47,437 nt of DNA, taken from a virus. The stretch lies in the IMG/VR virus record IMGVR_UViG_3300028454_000165; one strand, given 5' to 3'. Below, piece by piece: positions 1 to 7,721 of this stretch (position 1 is the first letter of the stretch; the number at the start of each line of letters is the position of its first letter). Made by a program: the position numbers and the translations under genes. The notes under the pieces were generated by a model. It saw only the letters and a program-made list of their open reading frames with translations, was not told the origin of the DNA and made no database searches.

Positions 1-141
1 TATAAAAGCACTGTAAAAAACTAACAGTCCTAATTGCGTCCTACTTCAAAGAATAAAAACCCTTAAAAATCAAGGGTTAGAGGGGATAAGACAGGGTTAC
101 TCTTAATCAGGGTGTCCAGGGTTCGAACCCCTGAAGGCGCA
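1..141. repeat. Left copy of the 141-bp exact terminal direct repeat
   Basis: Read by eye as identical to 47297-47437. The window begins and ends exactly at the repeat. Confidence 0.95.
110..140 (-). other. tRNA 3'-end fragment (T-arm plus 3' acceptor strand); probable attP core matching a host tRNA gene
   Basis: Minus strand reads CAGGG-GTTCGAA-CCCTG (T stem-loop, 117-133) followed by GACACCC (110-116). No matching 5' acceptor or D/anticodon arms lie upstream, so this is not a complete tRNA. Confidence 0.6.
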
Positions 142-210
142 TACAAAGGGTGTAGCACTTACCACAAGGCTTGTAGGTGTTATGCCTTTTATTTTATGGC
201 TTTGAGCCAC

Positions 211-250
211 TTTAAAAAGTATTAAAAAGTATTCAAAAGTATTAAAAAGT
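211..250. repeat. Four tandem 10-bp units (ATTAAAAAGT-like): helically phased A-tracts, likely intrinsically bent DNA inside attP
   Basis: tttaaaaagt / attaaaaagt / attcaaaagt / attaaaaagt, with exact 10-bp periodicity. Confidence 0.6.
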
Positions 251-368
251 AAAAGTCCTACCAGCGTCCTACAAGCACTGTAAAAAACTAACAGTCCTAC
301 TTGTGTCCTACTAAATTGTCCTACAAAAAAATAGGACACCCGATCAAGGTGCCCTATTATAATTTATC

Positions 369-1502
369 TTATATCGCTATTATTTCATTTACGACGGATT
401 GCACGTCTTCTTTTTCTTCTATAATGTGACTATACACATTCATAACCATTTTTTCAGTGTCCCCCAATAGGTAAGCTACCTTCTTTATACTGATAGTGGG
501 TACCTTATAACATAATTCGCTACAGTAGTTATGCCGGAAGATATGAGCAGTAAGACCGGTTATGACCGGGAACGCGTCAGATCCCCCTGCAGCTACATTC
601 ATTTTCTTTACAATGCTTTTCCACATCTTATTATATCCGGTTTTCGTCATAAGGTCCCCGCCCTGGATATTTGTCATCAGGTAAGGTTTGCTTAACCCTT
701 GCACGTACTCTTTCAAGAAACCAGCAACCGCATCAGGGATAGGTATTGTGCGAAAACCATTATCTGATTTCGGATTGTTCTTTACTTCCGGGGTGTTTTC
801 GTCAAAGATAATTGTCTTATTTATAGTGACCGTGGATTCGCCGGGAGCAAATTTGAAGTCAAAAGGCGTAAGTGCTAAAGCTTCGCCCCGCCGCAGACCG
901 CAGGCATAAAGCAGGTACACATAAGCCCTTTCGCGATCCGTAAAGGCAGCAGTCTTTATGGCTTCTTTTTCAATGTCCGTAAGTGCACGTCTTTCAGCAG
1001 CTTTATATTTTGGTATCGCAAGATCTGTCGTTATCTTTAAAAATGCGTCCTGGGTGATATAGGAATCCGAAACAGCCATACGAAGGACCTGCTTTGCAGT
1101 CATGGCTATTTGTTGACAGCTTCGGGGAGAATCAAGGCGGGAATTAATAAGGCCCTGCAGGTCGCTATGTTTAAAATCTGCCAGCCGTAGACCTTCCAGC
1201 GGGGCAAAATACGAATTAATAACGCGCCTATACATACGCTGCGTATTCTTTTCGCGCATACCCTTTTTAACCTTAAGCCAGTGCCGGGAATAGTCCAAAA
1301 ACGATATATCAGAGGGAAGCGCTACATTGCCTTCTCGGATATTTTGTGCGATAGCAGCAACCTTCAATTCAAGATCCCTTGATGATTTAGAGCTATAAAC
1401 GCTTTTCCGGTGCTTTGTGCCGTCGGCGTTATATGTGCCGTCCCATACACGGGCCTGCCATAATCCCTTACTATTCTGTTTATATTTTGTAGCCATACCC
1501 AC
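369..1502 (-). CDS. int: Tyrosine recombinase / phage integrase
   Basis: 377 aa. Contains CGLRRGEAL (catalytic Arg), HIFRHNY (H-x-x-R) and NVYSH (catalytic Tyr). Adjacent to the attP-like repeats. Confidence 0.9.
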   Translation of the reverse strand: MGMATKYKQNSKGLWQARVWDGTYNADGTKHRKSVYSSKSSRDLELKVAAIAQNIREGNVALPSDISFLDYSRHWLKVKKGMREKNTQRMYRRVINSYFAPLEGLRLADFKHSDLQGLINSRLDSPRSCQQIAMTAKQVLRMAVSDSYITQDAFLKITTDLAIPKYKAAERRALTDIEKEAIKTAAFTDRERAYVYLLYACGLRRGEALALTPFDFKFAPGESTVTINKTIIFDENTPEVKNNPKSDNGFRTIPIPDAVAGFLKEYVQGLSKPYLMTNIQGGDLMTKTGYNKMWKSIVKKMNVAAGGSDAFPVITGLTAHIFRHNYCSELCYKVPTISIKKVAYLLGDTEKMVMNVYSHIIEEKEDVQSVVNEIIAI

Positions 1503-1513
1503 ACCCCCTTACT

Positions 1514-1855
1514 TTATCCTGCGCAGCTCTCCTCGGATTCTTTTTTCCTTTCGATGCCCAGGGAACGAAGGAGCATATCTTTAGCATCATCTGACAAGGC
1601 ACGGTATTTACAGATGATTTCTTTTTCCACAGGGGAAATATCGAAAGATACTTTATCATCCCACCCCATGAGCCATGAAGGAGAGCACCGAAGAACTGAA
1701 GATAAGGGTATTAATATTTGCGTGGGTAGTTTCTCGATGTCAGCGCTTTCATATCTGTAAATAGTAGCTCTGGAAACGCCTAGAGCAGTAGCTACATCGT
1801 CAGCTGATAGATTTAGTTCTTTTCTTCTAGCCTTGATTCTTTCGTAAACCTCCAT
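1514..1855 (-). CDS. cI-like repressor (XRE-family HTH)
   Basis: Start trimmed to MEVYERIKARRKELNLSADDVA..., preceded by GGAGGTG. HTH motif LGVSRATIYRYE. Divergent from the cro-like gene. Confidence 0.8.
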   Translation of the reverse strand: MEVYERIKARRKELNLSADDVATALGVSRATIYRYESADIEKLPTQILIPLSSVLRCSPSWLMGWDDKVSFDISPVEKEIICKYRALSDDAKDMLLRSLGIERKKESEESCAG

Positions 1856-1876
1856 TTTAAGCACCTCCGTACTTTT

Positions 1877-1905
1877 ATAATATATGTATAATTGCACTTT
1901 TGCAA
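1877..1905 (-). promoter_or_regulatory. Sigma-70-type promoter for the repressor gene
   Basis: Minus strand has TTGCAA (1900-1905), a 17-nt spacer and TATTAT (1877-1882). It overlaps the palindrome at 1892-1905. Confidence 0.5.
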
Positions 1906-1937
1906 CATATAAAAGCAAAATAATTGCAAAAATGCGA
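1892..1937. promoter_or_regulatory. Operator-like inverted repeats TTGCA-N4-TGCAA (1892-1905) and TTGCA-N4-TGCGA (1924-1937)
   Basis: Palindromes read directly from the sequence. They lie between the divergent promoters. Confidence 0.5.
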
Positions 1938-1946
1938 AAAAAGTTA

Positions 1947-1975
1947 TTGACACAGAATTAGCAAGATGATATTTT
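1947..1975 (+). promoter_or_regulatory. Sigma-70-type early promoter for the cro-like operon
   Basis: TTGACA (1947-1952), 17-nt spacer, TATTTT (1970-1975). Confidence 0.5.
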
Positions 1976-1988
1976 AATAATGTGATTA

Positions 1989-2004
1989 GTCGCAATTATG
2001 CGAC
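1989..2004. promoter_or_regulatory. Perfect 16-bp palindrome GTCGCAATTATGCGAC (operator candidate)
   Basis: Sits between the -10 element and the RBS of the cro-like gene. Same half-sites as 2226-2241. Confidence 0.55.
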
Positions 2005-2019
2005 AGGAAGGAGTAAAAT

Positions 2020-2235
2020 ATGTGCGACGTAATGAAATTAAAAGGCAAAATGGTCGAACGAGGATATACCCAGGAGAGGCTTTCCGAAGCTGTTGGAATA
2101 GATAAAAGTACAATGTGCCGGAGGCTTAAGACCGGGGAAGACTTCACCGTGGGAGAAGCTAATAAAATAGTAAGCATCCTTAATCTTTCGTCGGAAGAGG
2201 CCACTCAAATTTTTTTACCCGTTGTGTCGCATTAA
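2020..2235 (+). CDS. Cro-like HTH regulator
   Basis: 71 aa with AGGAG RBS. HTH motif YTQERLSEAVGIDKSTMCRRL. Confidence 0.7.
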   Translation: MCDVMKLKGKMVERGYTQERLSEAVGIDKSTMCRRLKTGEDFTVGEANKIVSILNLSSEEATQIFLPVVSH

Positions 2236-2241
2236 TGCGAC
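2226..2241. promoter_or_regulatory. Second perfect 16-bp palindrome GTCGCATTAATGCGAC
   Basis: Overlaps the stop codon of the cro-like gene. Half-sites are identical to 1989-2004. Confidence 0.5.
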
Positions 2242-2245
2242 CAAA

Positions 2246-2297
2246 GGTGTATCCTACGGCTACACCAAAATATATTCCTCTTGACAGAGGAATATAT
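2246..2297 (+). promoter_or_regulatory. Two tandem hairpins after the cro-like gene (possible terminator or antitermination region)
   Basis: GGTGTA-N9-TACACC (2246-2266), then a perfect 12-bp stem ATATATTCCTCT-tgac-AGAGGAATATAT (2270-2297). Confidence 0.4.
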
Positions 2298-2340
2298 AAA
2301 AGGAACTTGATTATCTTTTCTACTTACAAGGAGATACCCC

Positions 2341-2637
2341 ATGACAGATAAAGAAAAAGAAGAATATCTCAAAGCACTACCGGCAGGAAATGAGCAGATA
2401 ATCGCCTCCAGCGGATTCCGGGGCGAGGATATTTTAAAAACGATGATGGGAATATATCAGATTTTAGAAAAGATTATTCCATTCGTTATATCCGGCCAGG
2501 AGTTCCGCATTGAGATAAAGAAAAGCGATGGAATCAACCCACTTTCCGGCAAAAAGGAAGACAGGGTCAAGATCTACGCTTATGTCATTAACGAATCTGA
2601 CGAAGACGGCACTGTTCAGGAAAATCAATTCCCTTAA
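2341..2637 (+). CDS. Hypothetical protein
   Basis: 98-aa ORF with AAGGAGA RBS. Confidence 0.5.
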   Translation: MTDKEKEEYLKALPAGNEQIIASSGFRGEDILKTMMGIYQILEKIIPFVISGQEFRIEIKKSDGINPLSGKKEDRVKIYAYVINESDEDGTVQENQFP

Positions 2638-2803
2638 GCAACTCCTCCGATTGAATGCTATCCAAGAAAAACTCAAATTCGGTATTATTTCTGTTTTGCG
2701 GGGAAGGTTCCATGAAAGCAACGGCAGATATACGTTTTAAAAGCGCATCGATTTCTGCGGATGATAAGTCGGAGCAGTCAACGTGATAAAGATTATAGGA
2801 CAT
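2588..2803 (-). CDS. Hypothetical protein (convergent; overlaps the 3' end of 2341-2637 by 50 bp)
   Basis: Start trimmed to MSYNLYH..., preceded by AAAGGAGG. Confidence 0.4.
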   Translation of the reverse strand: MSYNLYHVDCSDLSSAEIDALLKRISAVAFMEPSPQNRNNTEFEFFLDSIQSEELLKGIDFPEQCRLRQIR

Positions 2804-2863
2804 AAGCAATACCTCCTTTGAGGATTTAATCATACATTAAACATCAAGCAAAGGCAAGAACCC

Positions 2864-5401
2864 ATGACATATGAAGAATTTCTAAACACCAAAATAGACA
2901 TATCCCAGGAGAGCGGCTTCGACATCGATGATGCCGAGATCAACCCAAACCTTAAAGACCACCAAAAAGCCATAGTTAAATGGGCAGTTCGGGGGGGGTG
3001 CCGTGCAATATTCGCATCCTACGGACTGGGAAAAACAGTTATTCAGCAGGAGATATTACACATCATCCTCAGCCATGAACCGGACAGTAAGGCCCTTATC
3101 GTATGCCCCCTGGGAGTGCGCCAGGAGTTTACAAGGGACGCCGAGAAGATTCTCGGATATCAGGCGCCGACCTACGTCCGCAACATGGCTGAGATTGAAG
3201 TCTGCGACAACAATATCATGATTACGAATTATGAGCGTGTAAGAGACGGCGATATTGACCCTGAGTATTTCACGGCTACGTCCCTTGATGAAGCATCGGT
3301 CCTGCGAGATTTCGGAAGTAAGACATACCAGACGTTCCTACCGAAGTTTAAAGGCGTCAAATATAAGTTCGTAGCCACCGCTACCCCGGCGCCAAACAGA
3401 AAAAAAGAGCTTATCCATTACAGCGGATATCTGGGAGTAATGGACACCGGCGCAGCGCTTACGAAGTATTTCAAGCGTGACAGCACCAAAGCGAACAACC
3501 TTTCACTTTATCCCATGCGAGAAGAGGAGTTCTGGTTGTGGATGAGCTCATGGGCATTATTCGTATCTAAGCCCTCAGATCTCGACCCCACCTATTCAGA
3601 TGAAGGCTACGACCTGCCGGAACTGGATGTAAGATGGCACGAACTGCCCGGGGATTATATGAACGCCGAAGAGTCAAACGGCCAGCTGTGCTTATTCACT
3701 AATGCGGCAGCAGGATTAAAGGAAGCTGCCCAGGTCAAACGGGATAACTTAGGCAAGCGCATCGATGAGATGAAAAGAATCATCGAGGAAGATCCGGAAG
3801 CTCACTTCCTTATCTGGCACGATACGGATTATGAACGAGATGCCATAAGAAAAGCTATTCCGGAGGTTGAGTATATCACAGGATCCATGGACATGGACCA
3901 GCGGGAAAAGAAGGTTATTGATTTTTCGGAAGGCAATATAAAGCTATTTGCCACGAAGAAATCCCTTTCAGGCTCAGGATGCAATTTTCAGCATCATTGC
4001 CACAGGGCCATCTTTTTAGGGATTGACTACGAAGCAAATAATTTCATGCAGGCTCTACACAGAATCTACAGGTTCCTGCAAAAGGAAAAGGTCATTATAG
4101 ACATCATTTTCACGGAAGAAGAGAAAAACATCCGGGATGAACTGCTCAGGAAGTGGAAAGATCATGATGCCATGGTGGCAAAAATGACTGATATTGTTAA
4201 GCAATACGGTCTAAACGATATCAGGCGGTTTGAAAAGCTGCAAAGAAAGATGGGAGTTGATGAAACGGTGAAAGTAAACGGGGAGCTGTACACATCCGTT
4301 AACGATGATTGCGTACAGGAAACAAAGCGAATGGAAGAAAACAGCATCGATATGATCTGTACATCCATTCCCTTCGGAAATCATTATGAATACTCACTGA
4401 ACTACGCAGATATGGGCCATAACCAGAACGATGATGATTTCTTTAAACAGATGGATTACCTGACGCCGGAGCTTCTCAGGGTATTAAAGCCCGGAAGAGT
4501 CGCAGCCATTCACGTTAAAGACCGTGTTGAGTTCGGCAATGCCACCGGTACCGGATTCCCCACAATCGAGCCCTTCCATGATTATGCAACCCTTCATTTT
4601 ATGCAGCATGGATTTAAGTACATGGGGATGATCACCATCATAACGGACGTGGTAAGGGAAAACAATCAGACTTACCGCCTGGGTTGGAGCGAGCAGTGCA
4701 AGGACGGTACCAAGATGGGAGTAGGATGCCCGGAATATGTTCTGCTGTTTAGGAAGCCCCAGAGCAATAAGTCAAAGGCTTATGCGGACGTCCCGGTGGA
4801 GAAGTCCAAAGAAGAATATACCAGGGCGAGGTGGCAGATAGACGCACACGCATTCTGGAGATCTTCGGGAGATCGGCTTGTTACCAAAGAAGAATTAAAG
4901 GAAGTACCCACCGACCGGATGCAAAAGGTATATACCACCTATTCCAAAGAGACCGTATATGACTATCACGAACACGTAGCCCTGGCGGAAAAGATGGATA
5001 AAGAAAACAGGCTCCCGGCGACCTTCATGGTAGTAGCACCTGCCTCATGGGATATCGGGGAGGTATGGGACGACATAATCCGGATGCGGACGCTCAACCT
5101 TAACCAGGTCAACGCAAAGAAGCAGATGCACGTATGCCCCTTACAGCTCGACACCATCGAACGACTGGTAAACCGGTACACCAATAAAGGTGACACAGTA
5201 TATGATCCCTTCTCCGGGATAGCATCGACGGGATATCAGTCAATCCTTATGGGGCGCAAATACTACGGCTGTGAGCTTAACCCGGATTATTTCAGGGACG
5301 GCCTGGGATATTTAGAGACTGCCGAACGTGAAGAACTAAGCCCGACATTGTTTGATTTTTTCGATTTTGAGGGCAATGCGAAGCTTAACAAATGCATTTA
5401 A
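2864..5401 (+). CDS. SNF2/DEAD-like helicase fused to a beta-class N6/N4 DNA methyltransferase
   Basis: 845 aa. Helicase motifs: GLGKT (I), DEAS (II), TATP (III), C-terminal helicase lobe. Methyltransferase motifs: TSIPF (motif IV, D/S-PP-Y/F type), then DPFSGIASTG (motif I). The IV-then-I order marks the beta class. Confidence 0.75.
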   Translation: MTYEEFLNTKIDISQESGFDIDDAEINPNLKDHQKAIVKWAVRGGCRAIFASYGLGKTVIQQEILHIILSHEPDSKALIVCPLGVRQEFTRDAEKILGYQAPTYVRNMAEIEVCDNNIMITNYERVRDGDIDPEYFTATSLDEASVLRDFGSKTYQTFLPKFKGVKYKFVATATPAPNRKKELIHYSGYLGVMDTGAALTKYFKRDSTKANNLSLYPMREEEFWLWMSSWALFVSKPSDLDPTYSDEGYDLPELDVRWHELPGDYMNAEESNGQLCLFTNAAAGLKEAAQVKRDNLGKRIDEMKRIIEEDPEAHFLIWHDTDYERDAIRKAIPEVEYITGSMDMDQREKKVIDFSEGNIKLFATKKSLSGSGCNFQHHCHRAIFLGIDYEANNFMQALHRIYRFLQKEKVIIDIIFTEEEKNIRDELLRKWKDHDAMVAKMTDIVKQYGLNDIRRFEKLQRKMGVDETVKVNGELYTSVNDDCVQETKRMEENSIDMICTSIPFGNHYEYSLNYADMGHNQNDDDFFKQMDYLTPELLRVLKPGRVAAIHVKDRVEFGNATGTGFPTIEPFHDYATLHFMQHGFKYMGMITIITDVVRENNQTYRLGWSEQCKDGTKMGVGCPEYVLLFRKPQSNKSKAYADVPVEKSKEEYTRARWQIDAHAFWRSSGDRLVTKEELKEVPTDRMQKVYTTYSKETVYDYHEHVALAEKMDKENRLPATFMVVAPASWDIGEVWDDIIRMRTLNLNQVNAKKQMHVCPLQLDTIERLVNRYTNKGDTVYDPFSGIASTGYQSILMGRKYYGCELNPDYFRDGLGYLETAEREELSPTLFDFFDFEGNAKLNKCI

Positions 5402-5409
5402 AGGAGGAG

Positions 5410-5631
5410 ATGGCCGTGCAATATCCAAAGAAGATCATGAAGTTATCAGAGCTGGTAGCGATGGGATATTCCGCTACAGACCTCCGGGCACTATACCGAA
5501 AGCCCGGGCAAAAAATAGCGTATAAGATGGATCCTCACAAGAAAAATTCGCACCTGGTATTTGATACCGAGGAGCTGGAAAAATACCGGCTGTCCAGAGC
5601 GAGAGCATCACAGAGACAAGCCCAAATATAA
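5410..5631 (+). CDS. Small DNA-binding protein, excisionase/HTH_17-like
   Basis: Start MAVQYPKK after AGGAGG. Resembles the Xis/MerR-type small HTH family. Confidence 0.4.
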   Translation: MAVQYPKKIMKLSELVAMGYSATDLRALYRKPGQKIAYKMDPHKKNSHLVFDTEELEKYRLSRARASQRQAQI

Positions 5632-5659
5632 AAACATAAAGAGAGGGATAAGAAAAGAG

Positions 5660-5986
5660 ATGGAGAATTTAAGAGAAAACACAGGACCGTACAAAGGATT
5701 TTTAATCATCAAGTGTGAAAAGTGCGGTGAGATCAAAGGATTTTGCACGAAGCAAGAGACATATGCCTTTCGATGCGAAGAATGCGGACATGAAACAGCT
5801 CTGGAAGAGCTAAAACCGCTCTATGTGGAGTGCGGCTGCGGAGCACACTTCCGGTACATGACCAATATCGATATGGAAGAGCTCAAGTGGGAGTGCTTAA
5901 CCTGTCATACCCCGTTAGATATCCATATCAACAAGAGACGTACAGCGTATGTGACCGCCGGTGCCGGAGATCGGAGGCGCAGGTAA
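5660..5986 (+). CDS. Zinc-ribbon protein
   Basis: Multiple CxxC pairs: CEKCG, CEECG, CGCG, CLTCH. Confidence 0.55.
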   Translation: MENLRENTGPYKGFLIIKCEKCGEIKGFCTKQETYAFRCEECGHETALEELKPLYVECGCGAHFRYMTNIDMEELKWECLTCHTPLDIHINKRRTAYVTAGAGDRRRR

Positions 5987-6465
5987 TGAAGAAAGCATTG
6001 TTTTATATCGTCCCCTTTATTTTGATAGTTCTGTTTTGCGTATCCTTGGCAGGGGGGGAGGTTAGAGCTTTAGAAGGGCAGCCGGGACCAGCCGAACAGA
6101 CTCAGCCGGAACTCGTGCCCGTGGAAGTAACCGCCTACTACGACTATATGCATCATTTAGGAATTGGAAGAGATGGACGGCCGTTAGTAGAAGGGCTAAC
6201 CATAGCAGGCCCGGAAGCGTGGTTAGGATACACCATAGCCTTATATGACTTAGATTACACCCTTATAGGGTTGTATGAAGTCAGAGACATCGGATACGGC
6301 AAGAGCCTGGGATGGAAATACGGAGCTTCAAAGCTTCGAAGAGGATCCCCTATAGGAGACATCGAAGCAGGCAAGACGTTAGATCTCTATTTTGAGAGTA
6401 AACAGGATTGTCTCAACTGGGGCAGAAGAAAATGCTATATGCAGCTTATAAGATCGGAGGGATAA
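5986..6465 (+). CDS. Secreted protein with possible 3D/RlpA-like domain
   Basis: N-terminal signal peptide MKKALFYIVPFILIVLFCVSLAGG. The VTAYYD...IAGP...YEVRDIGYG pattern resembles 3D-domain proteins. Confidence 0.4.
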   Translation: MKKALFYIVPFILIVLFCVSLAGGEVRALEGQPGPAEQTQPELVPVEVTAYYDYMHHLGIGRDGRPLVEGLTIAGPEAWLGYTIALYDLDYTLIGLYEVRDIGYGKSLGWKYGASKLRRGSPIGDIEAGKTLDLYFESKQDCLNWGRRKCYMQLIRSEG

Positions 6466-6467
6466 GA

Positions 6468-6788
6468 ATGAGTGATTATATGGAGCGCCTTCCGGGGCAG
6501 AATGTCACACATGATACCAGGGCGATGTCACATGAAAGCACAGATAAGCAGAAAAGGTACCAGCAGATCACAGAGACCTTGCAGTTTTATAACTGCCCTA
6601 TGACGGCCAAAGAAATAGCCGTGCATATGCGCAACATGGGATATATCCCGACAGATGAGCGTAATTTCACGGCGCCACGCTTAACAGAGCTGTCAAAAGC
6701 AGGTGTTGTGGAGCCCTGCGGGACAAAGATGTGCCGCTATTCCGGGAAGAAGGTAACAGCCTACAGACTTCTCAATAGTGGAACATAA
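6468..6788 (+). CDS. Winged-helix DNA-binding protein (hypothetical)
   Basis: GGAGGG RBS. MTAKEIAVHM...RLTELSKAGVV is wHTH-like. Confidence 0.4.
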   Translation: MSDYMERLPGQNVTHDTRAMSHESTDKQKRYQQITETLQFYNCPMTAKEIAVHMRNMGYIPTDERNFTAPRLTELSKAGVVEPCGTKMCRYSGKKVTAYRLLNSGT

Positions 6789-6819
6789 CAAAGCATTATT
6801 CAAGGAAGGAGAAGGTACA

Positions 6820-6981
6820 TTGGAAGAAAACAAGATTATAGGAAGTATTAAAGTCACAGATACCACGGAAGAGCTCAAAGCGAAAATGTGTAAAGACTAT
6901 TGCAGATATCTAAATGATCCGGATATGACTCAGGAGGTTTTAGATACCATCTGCGAGGAATGCCCGTTAACGAGACTGTAA
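6820..6981 (+). CDS. Small Cys-containing hypothetical protein (start uncertain: TTG 6820 or GTG 6778)
   Basis: The ORF is open from 6778. AAGGAAGGAGAAGG precedes the TTG at 6820. Confidence 0.35.
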   Translation: MEENKIIGSIKVTDTTEELKAKMCKDYCRYLNDPDMTQEVLDTICEECPLTRL

Positions 6982-6993
6982 GGAGGGAAAAGG

Positions 6994-7125
6994 ATGGAAC
7001 ATAAGGTTAAAGTCAGCGATGTTTTACTAGGAATATTAGTTGTAGGAGTTGGTGCTATATGGGCAGCGGCCGCAATTCTCGGACCAATAGCATTGATAAA
7101 GTTCTGCTGGGGGTATCTGGTATGA
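6994..7125 (+). CDS. Small membrane protein (43 aa)
   Basis: AGGAGGG RBS. Hydrophobic core LLGILVVGVGAIWAAAAILGPIALI. Too short to appear in the ORF track. Confidence 0.45.
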   Translation: MEHKVKVSDVLLGILVVGVGAIWAAAAILGPIALIKFCWGYLV

Positions 7126-7179
7126 GATCGGTCTTATGGACAGCTATTGCATTTTAGGTTTTTAGGAGGGGTAAGTTGC

Positions 7180-7701
7180 ATGATTAAGATCATAGTTTTT
7201 TTAGCGGAAGCGCTGGCAAAATCATTTTCAAAGATGATCAAGCGGTTAGATATAAGATACGAGCCAAAAGAAAGAATTTTTATAGGAGATCTGTATTTGT
7301 CTGATCAGGATAAACCGGATTTTGAAATCCGTGAGGACGGAACAGTTGTGAAGTATTTTAGAGATGCAGTCATACCGACCGGGATTGTATTTGATACAGA
7401 CGATCCGTCCCCGGACACAGAGCAGACAGCGGCTAATGCCATGGAAAATATGAAGGCAGCAGTTGACGATCTGAAAATACCGTTTAAGCCCAAAGAAGGA
7501 CCCGAACCCGAGGTAGGGGGGGCGCTTGATCCGGTTCAGGAAAAGGAACGGAAAAACAAGTCAAAGATCGATACCGGCAAGATAAAAGCTTTAAAAAATG
7601 CCGGATGGAGCGTAGAAAAGATAGCCGACGAAATGAAGCTGGGTGTATCTACAGTCTATGCCCAGATAAGAAAGCTAAAAGAAGCGGGGTTAGTCAAGTA
7701 A
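7180..7701 (+). CDS. Hypothetical protein with C-terminal HTH
   Basis: Start MIKIIVF after AGGAGGGG. C-terminal GWSVEKIADEMKLGVSTVYAQIRKLKEAG. Confidence 0.5.
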   Translation: MIKIIVFLAEALAKSFSKMIKRLDIRYEPKERIFIGDLYLSDQDKPDFEIREDGTVVKYFRDAVIPTGIVFDTDDPSPDTEQTAANAMENMKAAVDDLKIPFKPKEGPEPEVGGALDPVQEKERKNKSKIDTGKIKALKNAGWSVEKIADEMKLGVSTVYAQIRKLKEAGLVK

Positions 7702-7721
7702 ATACATGAAAGGGGGAGCAT

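Larger units (their letters stand above)
27..337. repeat. Arm-type integrase binding-site candidates: GTCCTA(C/A) heptamers on both sides of the tRNA-like core
   Basis: Direct copies at 27-33, 38-44, 255-261, 266-272, 294-300, 305-311 and 318-324; inverted TAGGAC at 332-337. A 27-bp direct repeat AAGCACTGTAAAAAACTAACAGTCCTA sits at 6-32 and 273-299. Confidence 0.6.

Noticed and set aside
105-200. Complete tRNA or tmRNA gene on the minus strand
   Set aside because: Only the T-arm and 3' acceptor strand are present. No GGGTGTC 5' acceptor lies within tRNA distance, and no D or anticodon arms can be drawn. The GGGTGTC at 336-342 is 230 nt away across AT-rich repeats, and the acceptor lacks the G3:U70 pair expected of a tmRNA.
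27-337. Short spaced repeats as a CRISPR array
   Set aside because: The repeats are only 7 nt with irregular spacing, lie next to an integrase and surround a tRNA-like core. They are arm-type recombinase sites, not CRISPR repeats.
103-339. 78-aa minus-strand ORF across the attP region
   Set aside because: It is made of the tRNA-like fragment (…RGSNPGHPD is a translated T-arm) and the GTCCTAC and A-tract repeats. It has no RBS, so it is noncoding attP DNA.
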